This document shows, in pieces, positions 18,133-29,700 of a stretch of DNA of 64,000 nucleotides. Numbering within the stretch: position 1 is the stretch's first letter; the number at the start of each line of letters is the position of its first letter. The stretch comes from Gemmatimonadota bacterium (GTDB lineage: Bacteria > Gemmatimonadota > Gemmatimonadetes > Palauibacterales > Palauibacteraceae): contig JAGWBR010000002.1 in assembly GCA_021295785.1 (NCBI GenBank), forward strand, positions 130,844 through 194,843, given 5' to 3'. A program made the translations under genes and the position numbers. The notes below the pieces were generated by a model. The model had not been told where the DNA came from. It saw only the letters and a program-made list of their open reading frames with translations, and did no database searches.

Positions 18133-20828
18133 CCTCGGATTCCCGCAGCCGCGGTTCGCGACGCGGGCGGCGGTTCGCCCTGCTGCTGGCCAAGCGTGAG
18201 GTAAAGGGCGCGGCACGGCGAGTCGGCGTTTACATGCTCTCCACGGCGGTGGGGGTGGCGGCTATCGTCTCGATCCAGTCGGTCCGGGACGACGTCTCTC
18301 GCGCAATCACTGACGGGGTGCGCGAGACCACGGGCTACGACGCCAGGGTGACCCTGCGCGGCGACGCGGCCGACCGGATGACCCCGGTCCTGGATTCTCT
18401 CCGCACAGCAGGTGCACGGGTCGCTGCAGTGGAAGTCGCAGGCTTCGGGGGCATGGCCCGCGGCAAGACCGGAGGCACCCCGAGAATCGCCATGACGAAC
18501 CGGTTCTCGCCGGGCTACCCGTTTTTCGGAAATGTCCAAACGGATCCCCCTGGTCTCTGGACAGGAGAGATCCAGCCGGGAGAGGCGTTCGTGGACCGGC
18601 CACTCATGGCCCAGCTCGGAATCGCGCCGGGTGACACGATCATGCTGGGGGCGGAGGAATACCAGGTTGTGGCCGGCGTCTCCCGAATCCCCGGCGGGGT
18701 AGCTGTCCTGAGCATGTTGATGCCGAACGTGTACACGCGACTCGACGAGACCGCCCCGGCCGACGGCGCGCCTGCGGCACGCAGCCGCGCCCCCGAGTAC
18801 CGAATCGCGTTTTCGGACCCGGCGGAGGCTCCCCGGTTCAAGGAGGCCTACCAAGAAGAAGAGGTGCGCATCACGGTGACGGAGGAGGTCATCGCCGAAG
18901 TCCAGCCCGTTGTGGAAAACCTCGGCGAACTCCTGGCCATGGTGGGACTGGTGGCCCTGCTGCTGGGCGGGATCGGAGTTGCCAGTTCGGTCCACCTGTA
19001 TGTGAAGGAAAAGCGCCGGTCGATCGCCGTGCTTCGGTGCCTGGGAAGCGGGCAGTGGACGGCCTTTTGGGCATACATGGTGCAGGCGCTGGCGCTGGGG
19101 GCGGGGGGGGCGGTTGTGGGGATCGCTCTCGGATTCGGCGTCCAGACACTGCTTGGGGCGGCCTTGGAGGGCTGGCTGCCCGTGGATATCTCTCCGCGAC
19201 CATCGGGTCGGGCGATGATGGCCGGGGCGGGCATGGGAATCTGGGTGGCGGCGGCTTTTGCGGCGTTCCCGCTGCTTCAGGTCAGAGGGGTCTCCGCGCT
19301 TGAGGCCCTCCGGCGCGATTCCGGCGTAAAGAGTTCCAGAGCAAAGGGCGATGTGTGGGCCTGGGTAATCAGGTTGTTGGCGGGCCTGTCGATACCGGCT
19401 GTGTGGCTCGTTGCCGCGCCCGTTTGGCAGGTCGGGGCCCTGTTTGGGGGCGTGCTGCTCGGTACCCTGGGCGCACTGAGCCTGTCGGGATGGGCGGTAA
19501 CTGCGCTGGCCCGGCGTCTCACTCCCAGGAAGGGCTGGTTCGCGCTCCGTCAGGGGTTATCCAATCTGTTCCGCCCTGGCAACCAGACGCTCAGCGTGAC
19601 CATCACCATGGGTGCCGGTGCCTTCGTGCTCGGGCTGGTGGTTACCATGGAGGCCGGAGTGAAACGGGTCTTCGAGTTGGGTGGCGGCGCTGACTTGGCC
19701 GACGTGCTCGTGGCCAACCTCGAACCCGGCCAGCTGGACAGTATCAAGGCTCTGTTCCCCGACAACACGGAGCGCGACATCGCTTTTGTCCAACTGGGTT
19801 CGGTCGGGGCCCGGGTTGCCGAGGTCGGCGGCCGCCCCGCGGAGGAGCTGGCCGCAGACAGCGGTGCCGGGGTAACCGAAGAGGCCGTCTTGCGGACTTA
19901 CCGGATTTCGATGAACGATGATCGACCCCCCGGTGTGGCAATCGTGGATGGTGCCTGGTGGGAGTCCGGCGACTCGCCCGCCCCGTCAGTAGAGCCGGTC
20001 AGGCCGGACGGGCCAGACGAGGCAATCGAGTTGGACGAGGCATCTGAATCGGACGAGCCACCTGCGGACATCGTTACGATAATGTCGCTGGACGCCACGA
20101 TAGCCGGTGAGCTCGGGGCGGAAGTGGGAGACACGATCATCTGGCGAGCCCGCGAACGGCGCATCGTTGCCGAGGTGGTCAGCTTGCAGGAAATCGAGGA
20201 TCCGCCCGGCGAAATTGGCGGAATTGGGAACCTGGCTGCCGGTTCAGGGGCCGTGGCGGGCAACTTTCGGCCGGCACCGGGCCTTGCAGAACTGGGGGGT
20301 GGCGAGGAATCGGCGCTGATCGACATACCTGATTATGAGACCAGTATGATAGTTCAACGCCAGATTGCATCTGTGTTCCCGAACGTGATCATCATCGACT
20401 TCAGCTGGGCGATGGACCTGTTCCGTCGCGGCATGGCGGCGGCACGCGCCGCCGTGACGTTCCTGGCGGCGTTCACCGCTTTGGTCGGCGCGATTGTGCT
20501 TGTTGCCACGCTGGCGGGTTCGCGCCGGGCCCGGGAGGCGGAGGCTGCGTTGCTCCGCACGCTGGGCGCTGCCAAGGGGCAGGTGGCAGCTGTGTTGGTG
20601 ACGGAATTCGCGGCACTGGGGACGCTGGCCGCAGCTGCGGGTCTCGCTCTTTCCGCGGTTGCTGCGGGTCCGTTGCTGGCATTTGGGGCTCTCCGTTTTG
20701 ATGATCCCGAATGGGGCACACTGGCCGTTGTCTGGGCTGCACTGACGGGCCTGTCGGTGTTGGTGGGGATGACTGGCAACAGGGAAGTGCTCCGCAAACC
20801 TCCGTTGCCGTTCCTGAGAAGAGGGTAA
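18129..20828 (+). CDS. ABC transporter permease, double FtsX-domain (YbbP-like), 899 aa
   Basis: ATGA-coupled to the ATPase. Two hydrophobic FtsX-like modules separated by large soluble regions, including an acidic segment (DEAIELDEASESDEPP). Confidence 0.85.
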   Translation: MTSDSRSRGSRRGRRFALLLAKREVKGAARRVGVYMLSTAVGVAAIVSIQSVRDDVSRAITDGVRETTGYDARVTLRGDAADRMTPVLDSLRTAGARVAAVEVAGFGGMARGKTGGTPRIAMTNRFSPGYPFFGNVQTDPPGLWTGEIQPGEAFVDRPLMAQLGIAPGDTIMLGAEEYQVVAGVSRIPGGVAVLSMLMPNVYTRLDETAPADGAPAARSRAPEYRIAFSDPAEAPRFKEAYQEEEVRITVTEEVIAEVQPVVENLGELLAMVGLVALLLGGIGVASSVHLYVKEKRRSIAVLRCLGSGQWTAFWAYMVQALALGAGGAVVGIALGFGVQTLLGAALEGWLPVDISPRPSGRAMMAGAGMGIWVAAAFAAFPLLQVRGVSALEALRRDSGVKSSRAKGDVWAWVIRLLAGLSIPAVWLVAAPVWQVGALFGGVLLGTLGALSLSGWAVTALARRLTPRKGWFALRQGLSNLFRPGNQTLSVTITMGAGAFVLGLVVTMEAGVKRVFELGGGADLADVLVANLEPGQLDSIKALFPDNTERDIAFVQLGSVGARVAEVGGRPAEELAADSGAGVTEEAVLRTYRISMNDDRPPGVAIVDGAWWESGDSPAPSVEPVRPDGPDEAIELDEASESDEPPADIVTIMSLDATIAGELGAEVGDTIIWRARERRIVAEVVSLQEIEDPPGEIGGIGNLAAGSGAVAGNFRPAPGLAELGGGEESALIDIPDYETSMIVQRQIASVFPNVIIIDFSWAMDLFRRGMAAARAAVTFLAAFTALVGAIVLVATLAGSRRAREAEAALLRTLGAAKGQVAAVLVTEFAALGTLAAAAGLALSAVAAGPLLAFGALRFDDPEWGTLAVVWAALTGLSVLVGMTGNREVLRKPPLPFLRRG

Positions 20829-20890
20829 ACGCCTGGGTCCCGGACCCGCGACAATTCACACAGGAAAACCCGCAGGGGGAGGACGCCGGA

Positions 20891-22123
20891 ATGAAACAGC
20901 GCCACTGGGTCACGATCGCGGTATTGCTGGTTGTGGGTGCCGCCGTATACGGCATCCTGGACCGTTTGCGGTCCGAACCCGATAGCCGTACCCCGGGTTG
21001 GAGTTCGCCCACCGGCATTTCGATTGACTCGACAACCGAGGTCGCCCCTGAACAGGGTTTGGCCGGCCAACTCCAGCAACCTGCACTCCAACTTCCGGTA
21101 TCAGTGGCCGAAGCTCGGCATGGGGTGTTCACTCTGTTCGTCCAGGCGGCAGGGGAGGCGGCCGCCCGTCGCAGCGCCGATCTGCACGCTCTGGTCGAGG
21201 GCGTGGCCGTGGAAGTCCCGGTCGGCGAAGGCGAGCGAGTCGCCGAGGGCGATCTGTTGCTTGAACTCGAATCCGAGGTATACGAACTAAGGGTGCTTCA
21301 GGCGCGGGCGAACCTGGAACAGGCCCGTGCCGACTACGAGGACCGGGTCCTGTTCGACGAAGAACTGCCCGACGACATCCGCGCCGAGCGGGCGGCCCGC
21401 GCCCGCGTCCGGGCCGGTCTGGAACAACGCGAGGCGGCCCTCGCGGAGGCCGAGTACGAACTCGCGAAAACCCGAATCACGGCACCCTTCGCCGGAATCG
21501 TGGCGAACTACGGCGTGGCGGAGCAGAGTCGGGTGCGAGCGGGCGATTCCGTGGCCGTACTGGTTGACCTCTCAACCGTCGATTTCGACGCTGAAGTACT
21601 GCACACCGATCTGCCGCTGCTTGAGGTGGGCCGTTCGGCAACCGCCACTTTCCCGGCGCTCCCCGGGGAAGTGTTCGCGGGACGCGTCACCAGCATCAAT
21701 CCGCTCATCGACCAAGCCTCGCGGACGGCCAGGGTGACCGTCAGCCTGCGTAACCCGGAGGCCATGATCCTGCCCGGGATGCCTGGTTCCGTCAAGATCG
21801 CCGGGCGCGAACTGCAAGACCGGGTGTTCGTCCCCAAAGAGGCGATAGTCGAGCGCAACCGCAGGCAGGTGGTGTTCCGGTTTGAGCCGTCAGCTCCCGG
21901 TGACTCCGAGGGGCTCGCCATGTGGGAATACGTGACGACTGGATTTGAGAACGACACTCACATTGAGCTCGTTGCCTCGCCCGACCCCCTGGACGAGACG
22001 TTCGTGCCATCACCCGGCGATCTGGTTCTGGTTGGCGGCCACGTGACCCTGAGCCATGCTGCTCGGATCGTGGCACGAAACATCGGCGAGGTGGCCGGGC
22101 AAGCCGAAATCCAACCGCGGTGA
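20891..22123 (+). CDS. efflux transporter periplasmic adaptor subunit (MFP/HlyD family)
   Basis: Signal anchor MKQRHWVTIAVLLVVGAAVYG, coiled-coil hairpin region, lipoyl/beta-barrel strings TRITAPFAGIV and ARVTVSL. Confidence 0.88.
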   Translation: MKQRHWVTIAVLLVVGAAVYGILDRLRSEPDSRTPGWSSPTGISIDSTTEVAPEQGLAGQLQQPALQLPVSVAEARHGVFTLFVQAAGEAAARRSADLHALVEGVAVEVPVGEGERVAEGDLLLELESEVYELRVLQARANLEQARADYEDRVLFDEELPDDIRAERAARARVRAGLEQREAALAEAEYELAKTRITAPFAGIVANYGVAEQSRVRAGDSVAVLVDLSTVDFDAEVLHTDLPLLEVGRSATATFPALPGEVFAGRVTSINPLIDQASRTARVTVSLRNPEAMILPGMPGSVKIAGRELQDRVFVPKEAIVERNRRQVVFRFEPSAPGDSEGLAMWEYVTTGFENDTHIELVASPDPLDETFVPSPGDLVLVGGHVTLSHAARIVARNIGEVAGQAEIQPR

Positions 22124-23505
22124 TCCGCCCGGCACCGTTGGTCGGCGCGGCGGTTGGCTGCCTCCTTGTGGGCACCACAGCCGCCGGCCCCGCCCGGGCG
22201 CAGCTCCCCGACACGTTGGACGTCAATCGGGCGGTCGAAATCGCCCTGGGCAACAGTCCGGCCCTTTCCATAGCCAGGTCTCAGGCGAATGTGGCCGGGC
22301 TGTCGCGACGCCAGGCGCTCACGGACTTCTTGCCGGCCGCATCGGCCAGCATGTCCTTCAACCGGAGCACCTTCACGCGGACCACCTACCAGGCGGCCGT
22401 GGGGGAGACCGAGGTACTCTCCGAGCCACTGGAGTCGGGATCCCAGTCCGCCTCGCAGGGGCTGAATTTTTCTTGGACACTGTTCGACGCGCGCCGGTTC
22501 ACCAACCTGGAGCGAGCCGCCGCCGACCTCAGAGCGGCTCAGCGCGGGTTGGACGACCGCCAGGCGTCCGTGGCGGCCGCGGTCAAGAGGCAGTTCTACA
22601 CGGCTCTCCGGCGCCAGGAGCAGCTTCGGCTGGCGAGCGAGCAGGTGTCTGACCGCCAACGCGAACTCGGCGTTACGCAGCGCAGGTACGAAATCGCCGC
22701 CGTTTCGCGACTGGACGTATTGTCGGCCGAGAGCAACCTGCTCAGGGCCCGGGTTGACGTGGCTACGGCAACCGCCCAGTTCGAACAGTCGCTTACGGCG
22801 CTGGCCACGCTGTTGGGACTCACCCCGGAGCAGGGTCTGAGCGTGCATCTGAGCGACACCGGAGAAATGCCGGCATTCGACCCGACAGCCGCGGAGGCCC
22901 TGGTGCGGGAAGCCTTGACCGGTGATCCGGAGTTGTTGCAGCTGCAGGCCCGGCTCGCCGCCGCGTCGGCCGACTCGTGGACGGCCAGGTCTCGGTACCT
23001 GCCGATCATTTCGGCCGGGTTCAGCATGGGGCGGGGCCAGAGCTTCGAACTGGGGAGTCCGTTTTTCCAGTTCACCCCGGACGACCTCAGTTCGGGATTC
23101 TCGCTCAGCGCCAGCTGGCAGCTCTTTGACGGGTTCACTCGCGAGACCGAGTTGGCTCGGGCCGGCCAAATGCGGGCGCAGGCCCGGGACCGCCTGTTCC
23201 AGCGGCGACTTGAGATCGAGCAGGAAGTCCGCGCAACCGTCGGGCAAATCGCCCAAGTGTCGGGGACCCTTGAACTGGCGCGACGAAGTGCCCAGATCGC
23301 CCGGCAGCGGCTGGACATGACACGCGAGTTGTACCAGAATGGGACTGTCGATTTCACACGCCTCCAGCAGGCTGTGGACCAAGTGACAACCGCCGAACTA
23401 CAGTTGCTGAACTTGCGGTTCGACTACTTGATCGCCTGGGGCGATCTGAGCCAGTACGGGACCGTGGCGCGCAACACCGTTCCCGTTTCTGCCCGGCAAC
23501 CGTAG
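22120..23505 (+). CDS. TolC-family outer membrane efflux protein
   Basis: GTGA-coupled to the adaptor. Signal peptide, then two repeated halves with long helical segments typical of OMF proteins. Confidence 0.88.
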   Translation: MIRPAPLVGAAVGCLLVGTTAAGPARAQLPDTLDVNRAVEIALGNSPALSIARSQANVAGLSRRQALTDFLPAASASMSFNRSTFTRTTYQAAVGETEVLSEPLESGSQSASQGLNFSWTLFDARRFTNLERAAADLRAAQRGLDDRQASVAAAVKRQFYTALRRQEQLRLASEQVSDRQRELGVTQRRYEIAAVSRLDVLSAESNLLRARVDVATATAQFEQSLTALATLLGLTPEQGLSVHLSDTGEMPAFDPTAAEALVREALTGDPELLQLQARLAAASADSWTARSRYLPIISAGFSMGRGQSFELGSPFFQFTPDDLSSGFSLSASWQLFDGFTRETELARAGQMRAQARDRLFQRRLEIEQEVRATVGQIAQVSGTLELARRSAQIARQRLDMTRELYQNGTVDFTRLQQAVDQVTTAELQLLNLRFDYLIAWGDLSQYGTVARNTVPVSARQP

Positions 23506-23512
23506 CCGGAAG

Positions 23513-26500
23513 GTGTCGCTGCCCGGTCTTTCGCTCCGGCGGCCCGTCGCCACCGCGATGCTGTTCCTTGGGATCGCCGTGGTGGGGGGGGTGTCGTTCA
23601 GCCGGCTTCCGATCGACCTGCTGCCCGACATCTCGTTCCCTTCGTTGTCGGTTTGGACGTCATATCCCGACGCGGGACCCTCGGAAGTTGAGCGATATGT
23701 AACCGAGCCGATCGAACAAGCACTCTATGCAGTGCCGGGAGCAGCGGGGCTGACTTCCCGGTCGCAGGAAGGCCAGTCGCTCGTGACGTTGCGGTTCGCC
23801 TGGGGCGCGGACATGGAATTCGCGGCGCTCCACACCCGGGAACGTCTCGACAACCTGATCGACAGACTTCCCCAGGGGACCGGCCGACCCACAATCCTGC
23901 GCTCGGACCCGGCAAGCGATCCGATCATGACGCTGGCCGTGAGCGGGGCCGATCTTCGCACGCTGAAGCAGCTCTCGGATGCCGTCCTGCGCAGGCGGCT
24001 GGAACAGCTGGAAGGTGTATCGCTTGCGTCCGTAACGGGCGGCCCCGAGCGGGAAATCCTGGTCACGGCCGACCCGGCCCGGTTGGACGCCCACGGAGTA
24101 TCGCTGGCCGCGCTCACGGACGCCCTTGACGCGGCCAATTACGACGCACCGGGGGGCGTAATCAACCGGGGGCGGTTCGAATACAGCCTCCGCACGTTGG
24201 GGCAGTTCGAGTCGATCGACCAGTTTCTGGACGTGGTAGTACACCGCACGCGCGCCGGGCAAGCCGGAGGCCCACCCGCCCTGGTCCGGCTGCGGGATGT
24301 CGCCACCGTGAGCGACACCATCGCCGAACTCCAAACCATCGCCCGGTTCAACGGCGAGCCCACCCTCGGCCTTCAGATTTTCAAAGAAGGCGGGTCCAAC
24401 ACGGTTCGCGTGGCGGAGCGGGTCGCCGCGGCTGCTGACCAGCTCCGGGAGGAGTTCCCGGCGCTCTCCATTGCGGTGGCCTCGAGCCAGGCAAGATTCA
24501 TTCGAGACGCGATAGCCAACGTGGTGTCTGCGCTCATGTTCGGCGCGGTGCTGGCATTCCTGGTGCTGTTCCTGTTCCTGCGCGATGCAAGGTATCCGGC
24601 GGCGGTAGCCACCGCGATTCCCCTGTCGGTGACGGCCGCCTTCGGACTGTGTTACTGGTTCGACGTGAGCCTCAACATCATGTCGCTCGGGGGACTGGCG
24701 CTGGGAGTTGGGTTGCTGGTCGACAACTCCATTGTCGTGCTGGAGAACATCTTCCGGTGGCGCGAACAGGAAGGGGCCGGCCGGTTCGATTCCGCGGCGG
24801 GCGGGGCGAGCGAGGTCGGACCGGCCATCACTGCCTCCACGCTAACCACGATCGCGGTTTTCGGGCCCGTGGTATACGTCGAGGGTGTCGCGGGAGCGCT
24901 GTTCGGGGACCTCTCGCTGACCGTGGCCTTTTCCTTGCTGGCGTCGCTGTTGGTGGCCCTGACCCTGTTGCCGGTCATCGTCCACCGGGTGGCACTGCGT
25001 GGAGGGGCGCCGGTCCTGGACGAGCGGCAGGGCACTCCCGGGGACGCTCCGCAACGGGCAAGAGATTTCCCGCAGGGGTTCACGGGGATGCCGGGAGCCG
25101 CCGCTTTTTTTGCGGATTTTGTCGGCCGCACGCTGCTGGAGGGGCTGCGGGGGGTGGCTCGCCTCATAGCCTGGCTGGCCGGGCCCTTTTTTCGGCTCTT
25201 CGACCGCATGTTCGACGCGTTCGCCTTCGGGTACGAAAAAACGTTGTCGTGGTCGCTCGGCCACCGCCCGACTGTGCTTCTTCTGGCCCTCGCCAGCTTG
25301 GTCGGAGCAGTACTGGCGGGTCAGTCGCTGCCGCGCTCGCTGATGCCGGTGGTGGACGAGAGGCAGTTCCGGGCGGAGATCACACTGCCCAGGGGCACGC
25401 CGCTGGCGGAGACCGACCGGGTGGCCGCCGCGGCGGAGTCGGCGGCCCTGGAACTCGATGGCGTGGCAGCCGTGTTCTCCAGGGTGGGGCGGGCACAGGG
25501 AACCGAGCTCCAGACCCACGAGCTCACTGGACTGAACAGCGCGGCGCTGGATGTGGAGGTCGCGGCCGGCGGCCCCCCGTCGGCCGAGTTGATCGCCCGG
25601 TTCCGCGAGCGGCTGGCCGGGGCCGGGGTTACCGCGGGTGCGATCTCTTTCAACGCGGGCCGCGCCACCTCACTGGGCCGCGCCCTGGCGCTGGGAGACG
25701 CCGATCTGGCGGTTCGTGTGCAGACCGGCGAGATAGACCAACTGGCCGATATCGCCCGGCAAGTAGCCAACCGACTGGAGGCGCTGCCCCAGTTGGCGGA
25801 TGTACGCGTGGACTTCGACCGGACTCAGCCCGAACTCCTGATCGAGGTAGACCGCGAGGCGGCGGCTCGTCACGGCATTGCCGTCAGCGAAGTGGCCAAC
25901 GCCATCGAGCAGTACCTGCGCGGCGCCGAGGCCGCGACCTTCTATTCGGAATTCCAGCGGAAGGTGACCATCCGCGCCGTGATTCCCGAGCAGAGCCGCG
26001 CCGACCTTTCCAGCGTGCTGGCACTTCGGCTGCGTGGAGTCCCGATCGGGGAATTGGTCGAAGTCAGCCAGGGGTTCGGGCCCGTCGAAATCCGCCGGGA
26101 GAACCAGAGCCGGACGGTTCAGGTGCTGGCCAACGTGGTCGGCGTCGGCCTAGCCGAAGCCGCGGAGGCGGCGCGGGCCGCGGTCGTCGATGTGCCCAGG
26201 CCCCCGCTGACGACCGTGCAGGTTGGAGGCCGGAACGAAGAAATGCAGCGCAGTTTCGCTTCGCTCCAGTTCGCATTCGGGCTGGCCCTGGCCCTGGTGT
26301 TCTTGATAATGGCGGCCCAATTCGAGTCCGTGGTCCAGCCGTTGGTAGTACTCGCGGCAGTTCCGCTGGCCGCGGCGGGCGCCGTTTTCGCCCTTTGGAT
26401 CACCGGGGGCGGAATAAACGCGATGAGCGGGATCGGGATGGTGATTCTGATCGGGATTGTGGTAAACGACGCGATCATCAAGGTCGACTTCATCAACCGC

Positions 26501-26773
26501 CGCCGCCGCGAAGGAAAGGGCAAACGCGAGGCCATTATGGAGGCGGGGAAGCTTCGGCTTCGCCCGATCATCATGACAACCGCCACCACCGTGTCGGGTC
26601 TGATCCCTCTGGCGCTCGGAATCGGTGCCGGCGCTGACCTGAGGGCGCCGCTGGCCGTGGCCGTGATCGGAGGCCTTCTCTCGGCGACATTCCTGACGCT
26701 GCTGGTAGTACCGGTCGTCTATTCGCTGGCGGTCAATCCCGGCGTCAGCGTGGGCCGGGAAAGCCACACATGA
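23513..26773 (+). CDS. RND efflux transporter permease (AcrB/MdtB-like), 1086 aa
   Basis: N-terminus LRRPVATAMLFLGIAVVGG, GLLVDNSIVVLENI, 12-TM architecture with two large periplasmic loops. Confidence 0.93.
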   Translation: MSLPGLSLRRPVATAMLFLGIAVVGGVSFSRLPIDLLPDISFPSLSVWTSYPDAGPSEVERYVTEPIEQALYAVPGAAGLTSRSQEGQSLVTLRFAWGADMEFAALHTRERLDNLIDRLPQGTGRPTILRSDPASDPIMTLAVSGADLRTLKQLSDAVLRRRLEQLEGVSLASVTGGPEREILVTADPARLDAHGVSLAALTDALDAANYDAPGGVINRGRFEYSLRTLGQFESIDQFLDVVVHRTRAGQAGGPPALVRLRDVATVSDTIAELQTIARFNGEPTLGLQIFKEGGSNTVRVAERVAAAADQLREEFPALSIAVASSQARFIRDAIANVVSALMFGAVLAFLVLFLFLRDARYPAAVATAIPLSVTAAFGLCYWFDVSLNIMSLGGLALGVGLLVDNSIVVLENIFRWREQEGAGRFDSAAGGASEVGPAITASTLTTIAVFGPVVYVEGVAGALFGDLSLTVAFSLLASLLVALTLLPVIVHRVALRGGAPVLDERQGTPGDAPQRARDFPQGFTGMPGAAAFFADFVGRTLLEGLRGVARLIAWLAGPFFRLFDRMFDAFAFGYEKTLSWSLGHRPTVLLLALASLVGAVLAGQSLPRSLMPVVDERQFRAEITLPRGTPLAETDRVAAAAESAALELDGVAAVFSRVGRAQGTELQTHELTGLNSAALDVEVAAGGPPSAELIARFRERLAGAGVTAGAISFNAGRATSLGRALALGDADLAVRVQTGEIDQLADIARQVANRLEALPQLADVRVDFDRTQPELLIEVDREAAARHGIAVSEVANAIEQYLRGAEAATFYSEFQRKVTIRAVIPEQSRADLSSVLALRLRGVPIGELVEVSQGFGPVEIRRENQSRTVQVLANVVGVGLAEAAEAARAAVVDVPRPPLTTVQVGGRNEEMQRSFASLQFAFGLALALVFLIMAAQFESVVQPLVVLAAVPLAAAGAVFALWITGGGINAMSGIGMVILIGIVVNDAIIKVDFINRRRREGKGKREAIMEAGKLRLRPIIMTTATTVSGLIPLALGIGAGADLRAPLAVAVIGGLLSATFLTLLVVPVVYSLAVNPGVSVGRESHT

Positions 26774-29700
26774 TCGGCCTTTCGGTGAAAAGGCCGGTCG
26801 CCGCGGCGTCGGTCTACGCGGCGCTGCTCGCGCTGGGAGTTTTCAGTTTCCGTTCGATCCCCCTCGAGGATTTGCCCGATGTGGCGCTGCCCAGCCTGAC
26901 CGTGCGGGCCAGCTGGCCCGGAGCGTCGCCAGAGGCCATGGAGGCAGCGGTCACGGCACCGCTGGAGGCGGTCGCACAGCAGGTGAGGGGCGTGAAAAAG
27001 ATCATCTCTGTTTCGGCCGCGACAAGCCGGGGCAGCGGTTCCTCAGCTTCCATATCGGTGGAATTCGAGCGGGACACCCGCATGGAGTTCGCCAGACTGG
27101 AATTGTCGGAACGAATCGCCTCGGTAATGGACGAAATGCCCCCGTTCGTCGTACCGACCGTCTCGGAGTTCGTGCCGGTTGAGTTCCGCGGCAGCGAACT
27201 GCCCCTGCTCTCGTTTCAACTGACCGGGCCACATACTTCCGCCCGCCTCGGGGAGATTGCAGAGGAGCAGGTCGCCCCGACGATCCGCGCCATGGCAGGA
27301 GTGGCCGAAGTAACGGTGGCGGGCGCCCAGGAGCGAGAGGTCACCGTAGAACTCGACCGGGACCTGCTCGAGACCCTTGGCATTCTTCCGGGCGAGGTGG
27401 GCCAGAGGATTTTTGAGCTGGCCCAGCCCAGGGCACCGGGTTCGGTAGAACTCCAAGGCCGGCGGTGGGCCGTGTCGGTGCGCACCCGCGCGCTGGAACC
27501 CGCCGAACTCGAAGACATTGTGGTCAGGTCCGGGCCCGGCGGGGTGATCCGGGTGGGTGACCTGGGCCGGGTGCGGGACGGGACGGCCGAGCCCACCGGC
27601 TACACGCGGGTCAACGGGCATCCGGCGGTCACTCTGACCGTGGACCGGCGAACCGGGGCCAACGAGATCCGGGTAGCCGGGGCGGTAAGGGCCCGCATGG
27701 AGGAACTGGTTTCGGGACTTCCTCCGGGCCTGGAGCTGCGCCTCCTGCGGGACCGGAGCGAGCGGATCGCGGCGCAGCTCGGCGACCTCCGGCTCCGCGC
27801 GATCGCCTCGGCTCTTGTCATTTTCTTGGTCCTGGTCGTATTCCTGCGGTCGATCGCGGCCGTATCGGTGATCTTCCTGACCATCGGCTTCTGCGTCCTG
27901 ATCGCCGTCAATCTCCTGTTCGTCGCGGGTCTGACTCTGAACCTCCTCACGATGGCCGGGCTGGCCTGGGGATTTGGGTTGGTGGTGGACAACGGCATAG
28001 TCGTGATGGAAAACGTCGACAGGCACCGCGAGAGGGGGAAACCGCGGGCCCTGGCCGCGGTTGACGGAGCCCGGCAAGTGTGGTTGCCAGTGCTTGCCGC
28101 AACGGCGACTACGGCGGTGGTTCTCGTCCCCTTCATCTTCCTTCAGGGAGACCTGAGGGTCTATTACCTGCCCCTCGCCTACGCAGTGGGGTTCTCGATA
28201 TTGGCCAGTCTTGCGGTGGCGTTCACTTTCGTCCCTGCTTTGTCTGCCCGGCTGGCGTCCAGGCGGCGCGCCACCGCACCGGCCGGCACCGACCCCGCCT
28301 ACATCCGCTTCTACCGAGCCATGCTGGAATGGGGGATGGCGCGACCAGGAAGCGTGTTGGCGATCTGCGCGGCATGCCTCTACGGGAGCTGGTACCTGTT
28401 TGACGAGAACGTGTACCGGGGGGCGACGTGGCCCGAGGGTGGAGCGAGCGGCACCTCGATCGTGGCGACGGTGCGCTTCCCGAGGGGGGCCGGGCTCGAA
28501 CGCACGGACGAGCTGATCCGCCGTTTTGAATCGAGGCTCCAGGCGGAACCCGGGGTCGAGCGTTTCGAGTCGCAGGTGTGGCCGACTTTCGGGCGCATTG
28601 TGGCGTTCTTCCCGGACGCTCTGACCTATACCAGCATCCCGGCTTCGGTACACCAGTCCCTGGTCAGCTACGGGAGGTTGTTTGCGGGCGTGGAAGTGTC
28701 GGTGGTCGGGCAGGGGCCGGCATTCATGAGCGGGATGGGTGCCTCCTCAATTCCGTCATCCCGGGCGAAGATCCTGGGGTACAACTACCTGACCGTGCAG
28801 CAAATCGCGGAAGACCTGGCGGAGTCCCTGAGAGGAATTGCGCGGGTGCGGAACGTCAATCCCAATGCCTCCGGCGGATCCAGCCGTGCCCGCGAATTCG
28901 AGTATTACGTCCGGCCGGACCGCGAACGTCTGGCCGAGTACCCGGTTTCCGTCCGGGACATGCTTCGGTACGTGGGCGCGAACGCCAGGGTATCAGAGGC
29001 GGCCGCGAGACTGCGCATCGGCGGGGAAGAGGTCCGGTATGCGGTGAAGACCGAGGGATACCGCGACTTCGACCTGTTTGACCTTCAACAGATGCGAGTG
29101 CCGACGCCTGACGGCGAAGTGGCGCTCGGCAACGTGGCCGATGTCGGAGAGAGGGAGGTCCTGGCTCAGATTCTCAGGCAAGACCAGCAGTACGAGCGCA
29201 CCGTTTCATGGGAAGTCAGGGGTTCCCGCCGGCTGGCCGACATGCTGCGCGAAACCATCCTTGCCCAAGTCGAGCTCCCGCCGGGCTATTTCCTGGAAGA
29301 AGACACGGTGAGCTGGACCCGGGAGGAGCAGATTCAGGTTTGGCAGTTGGTGCTTGTCGGACTGTCCCTCATCTATATGGTCACGGCGGCCCTGTTCGAG
29401 TCTCTGAGGGCACCGCTGGTTGTGCTTTGCTCCATCCCGTTTGCGCTCATCGGTGTTTTCCTGATTTTTTTCTACACCGATTCCGTGTTCGACCGGACTG
29501 CCCTGGTTGGCACTGTCATGATGGGCGGTATCGTGGTGAATAACGCCATATTGGTCGTGTATCACATTGGCCAGCTCCGGAAAACGCTTCCGGCTCGCGA
29601 CGCAATTGTCCGCGGCACGCTGGAGAGGGTCCGTCCGATCCTCATGACTACCGCGACGACGGTGATGGGTCTGCTGCCTCTGGTACTGTTTTCTCCCTCC

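Noticed and set aside
19093-19100. G8 homopolymer tracts inside envelope or efflux genes (19093-19100 in the FtsX permease, 23584-23591 in RND-1, 40634-40641 in the OM barrel), considered as possible phase-variation switches.
   Set aside because: In DNA this GC-rich, several G8/C8 runs per 64 kb are expected by chance. All three are in frame (Gly codons), and there is no evidence of length variation.
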